DNA of 64,000 bases from Macrostomum hystrix (lineage: Eukaryota > Animalia > Platyhelminthes), in NCBI GenBank assembly GCA_950097015.1, contig CATNEN010000003.1, forward strand, positions 14,818,001 through 14,882,000, given 5' to 3'. The position numbers and the translations under genes were made by a program. Numbering within the stretch: the first letter of the stretch is position 1; every line of letters begins with the position of its first letter. The notes under the pieces were generated by a model. It worked only from the letters and a program-made list of their open reading frames with translations. It did not search any database and was not told where the DNA came from. Below, in pieces: positions 62,711-64,000 of this stretch.

Positions 62711-63708
62711 GTAAGTTTTTTAATAATAAACCTTCTATTGCTACTCACTAACAAATATCAGTAGTGTAGTTTGGTCGAGTCAATATTTTTTGTATTGACA
62801 CATGAAATGGGATAATCGTTTTTTTATGATTATTGATATTTTGCTAATCTCTATAAATCACAGTCCTATCTCTGCGCTAGCAATGTTCTCTTTATTTGGC
62901 ATTAATCTAGTTAATCTCTGTTTAATCTCCGTTTTGCTCTGTGTTAATGAGCCCTAATAAAGTTAATCACTATCGTTCTATGGACTCTATAAATAACTAT
63001 AAAGTACACTAATTTTCCTATCATTTTGAAATAAATAAACAAGTTTATTTAAAAACGTAGCTTGTAACCCAGTGGTCGGGAGAGGGATAGGTCGGAGGGT
63101 TAAAAAGAGGAAAAAATATATGTTCTGTTATGTTTTATCTCGTATTTCTCATTGCCCTTAGATTGGAAAGAAAAATCTATTTAAGATTAGCAAATAAATA
63201 TTTGATTAGCTTTTTCTAATCAAATCGAGTGTACTACATTTCTCTTATAAAATCTCTTGGGGAAAATAGTTTTTTTATACCTGAAAGATTTAGAATTTTG
63301 TGCTCTAGACAAATCTTCACAAATTTCTTTTAGAAGAAATTAAAAAAAGAAACATTTTTTTAAGCTCACAAATGAAGCAGTCTTTTAGTAGGGGCTATAG
63401 TTACCTTCTGTCGCTGTAAAATAATTAATTGGCCTCAACCACCAATCTGATTTTCCTTATCTTGGTTAACAATTAATTGACTTTTCCTACCAAATGATTA
63501 ATAGACAGAGACAGATACATGTGCAATCATTTTGCATATCCGTTTTTTCTTTCAGATATTTGATTTATACATGATCAAGTTCCTGTTCGGTTTCACTAAA
63601 TCAATTTCAGTCTAGAGTGCCTTAAGCTTAAATTATTTACGCACTATGCAAGACTGTATAACTAAAGTCCGATTTCATATCTAAGATCTTATTTCTGTAT
63701 GATAATAA

Positions 63709-64000
63709 TGCATCTCTAACTGTGAGATTTCGGTTGGAAATCTGCATCTCTAACTGTGAGATTTCGGTTGGAAATCTGCATCTCTAACTGTGAGATTTGG
63801 GTTGGAAATCTGAATCTCTAACTGTGAGATTTCGGTTGGAAATCTGCATCTCTAACTGTGAGATTTGGGTTGGAAATCTGCATCTCTAACTGTGAGATTT
63901 GGGTTGGCAATCTGCATCTCTAACTGTGAGATTTAGGTTGGAAATCTGCATCTCTAACTGTGAGATTTCGGTTGGAAATCTGCATCTCTAACTGTGAGAT
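63709..64000. repeat. 34-bp minisatellite (TGCATCTCTAACTGTGAGATTTCGGTTGGAAATC)
   Basis: Tandem units running to the window end. Confidence 0.95.

Overview
Eukaryotic (animal) genomic DNA with spliceosomal introns. The style (minisatellite-filled introns, Ala-rich insertions in proteins) resembles a free-living flatworm such as Macrostomum; that taxonomic call is inference only. Four protein-coding genes were reconstructed by hand from splice signals and reading phase: (1) the 3' part of a lethal-giant-larvae (Lgl) gene, + strand, 4155-~8216; (2) a complete non-muscle myosin II heavy chain (zipper/MYH9-10-like), - strand, 34674-12184, 17 core exons, 2015 aa; (3) a complete Van Gogh/Strabismus gene, + strand, 38736-42540, 639 aa; (4) the first 12 exons of UTP20, + strand, 49075-62710, continuing out of the window. 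Main highlights: three polarity/contractility genes sit next to each other (Lgl - myosin II - Vang); myosin has a U12-type intron with both diagnostic signals; there are candidate microexons in myosin loop 1 and the tailpiece, including an SM2-like short tail; most long internal introns carry their own minisatellite while intergenic DNA has none; and a Vang intron array is built from splice-signal motifs. Mobile elements include a tRNA-derived CORE-SINE family, a second tRNA-SINE, a Merlin element with a perfect 8-bp TSD, hAT-like and piggyBac-like MITEs, and mariner and Gypsy relics. Most ORFs in the supplied track that overlap repeats or lie antisense to exons are artefacts.
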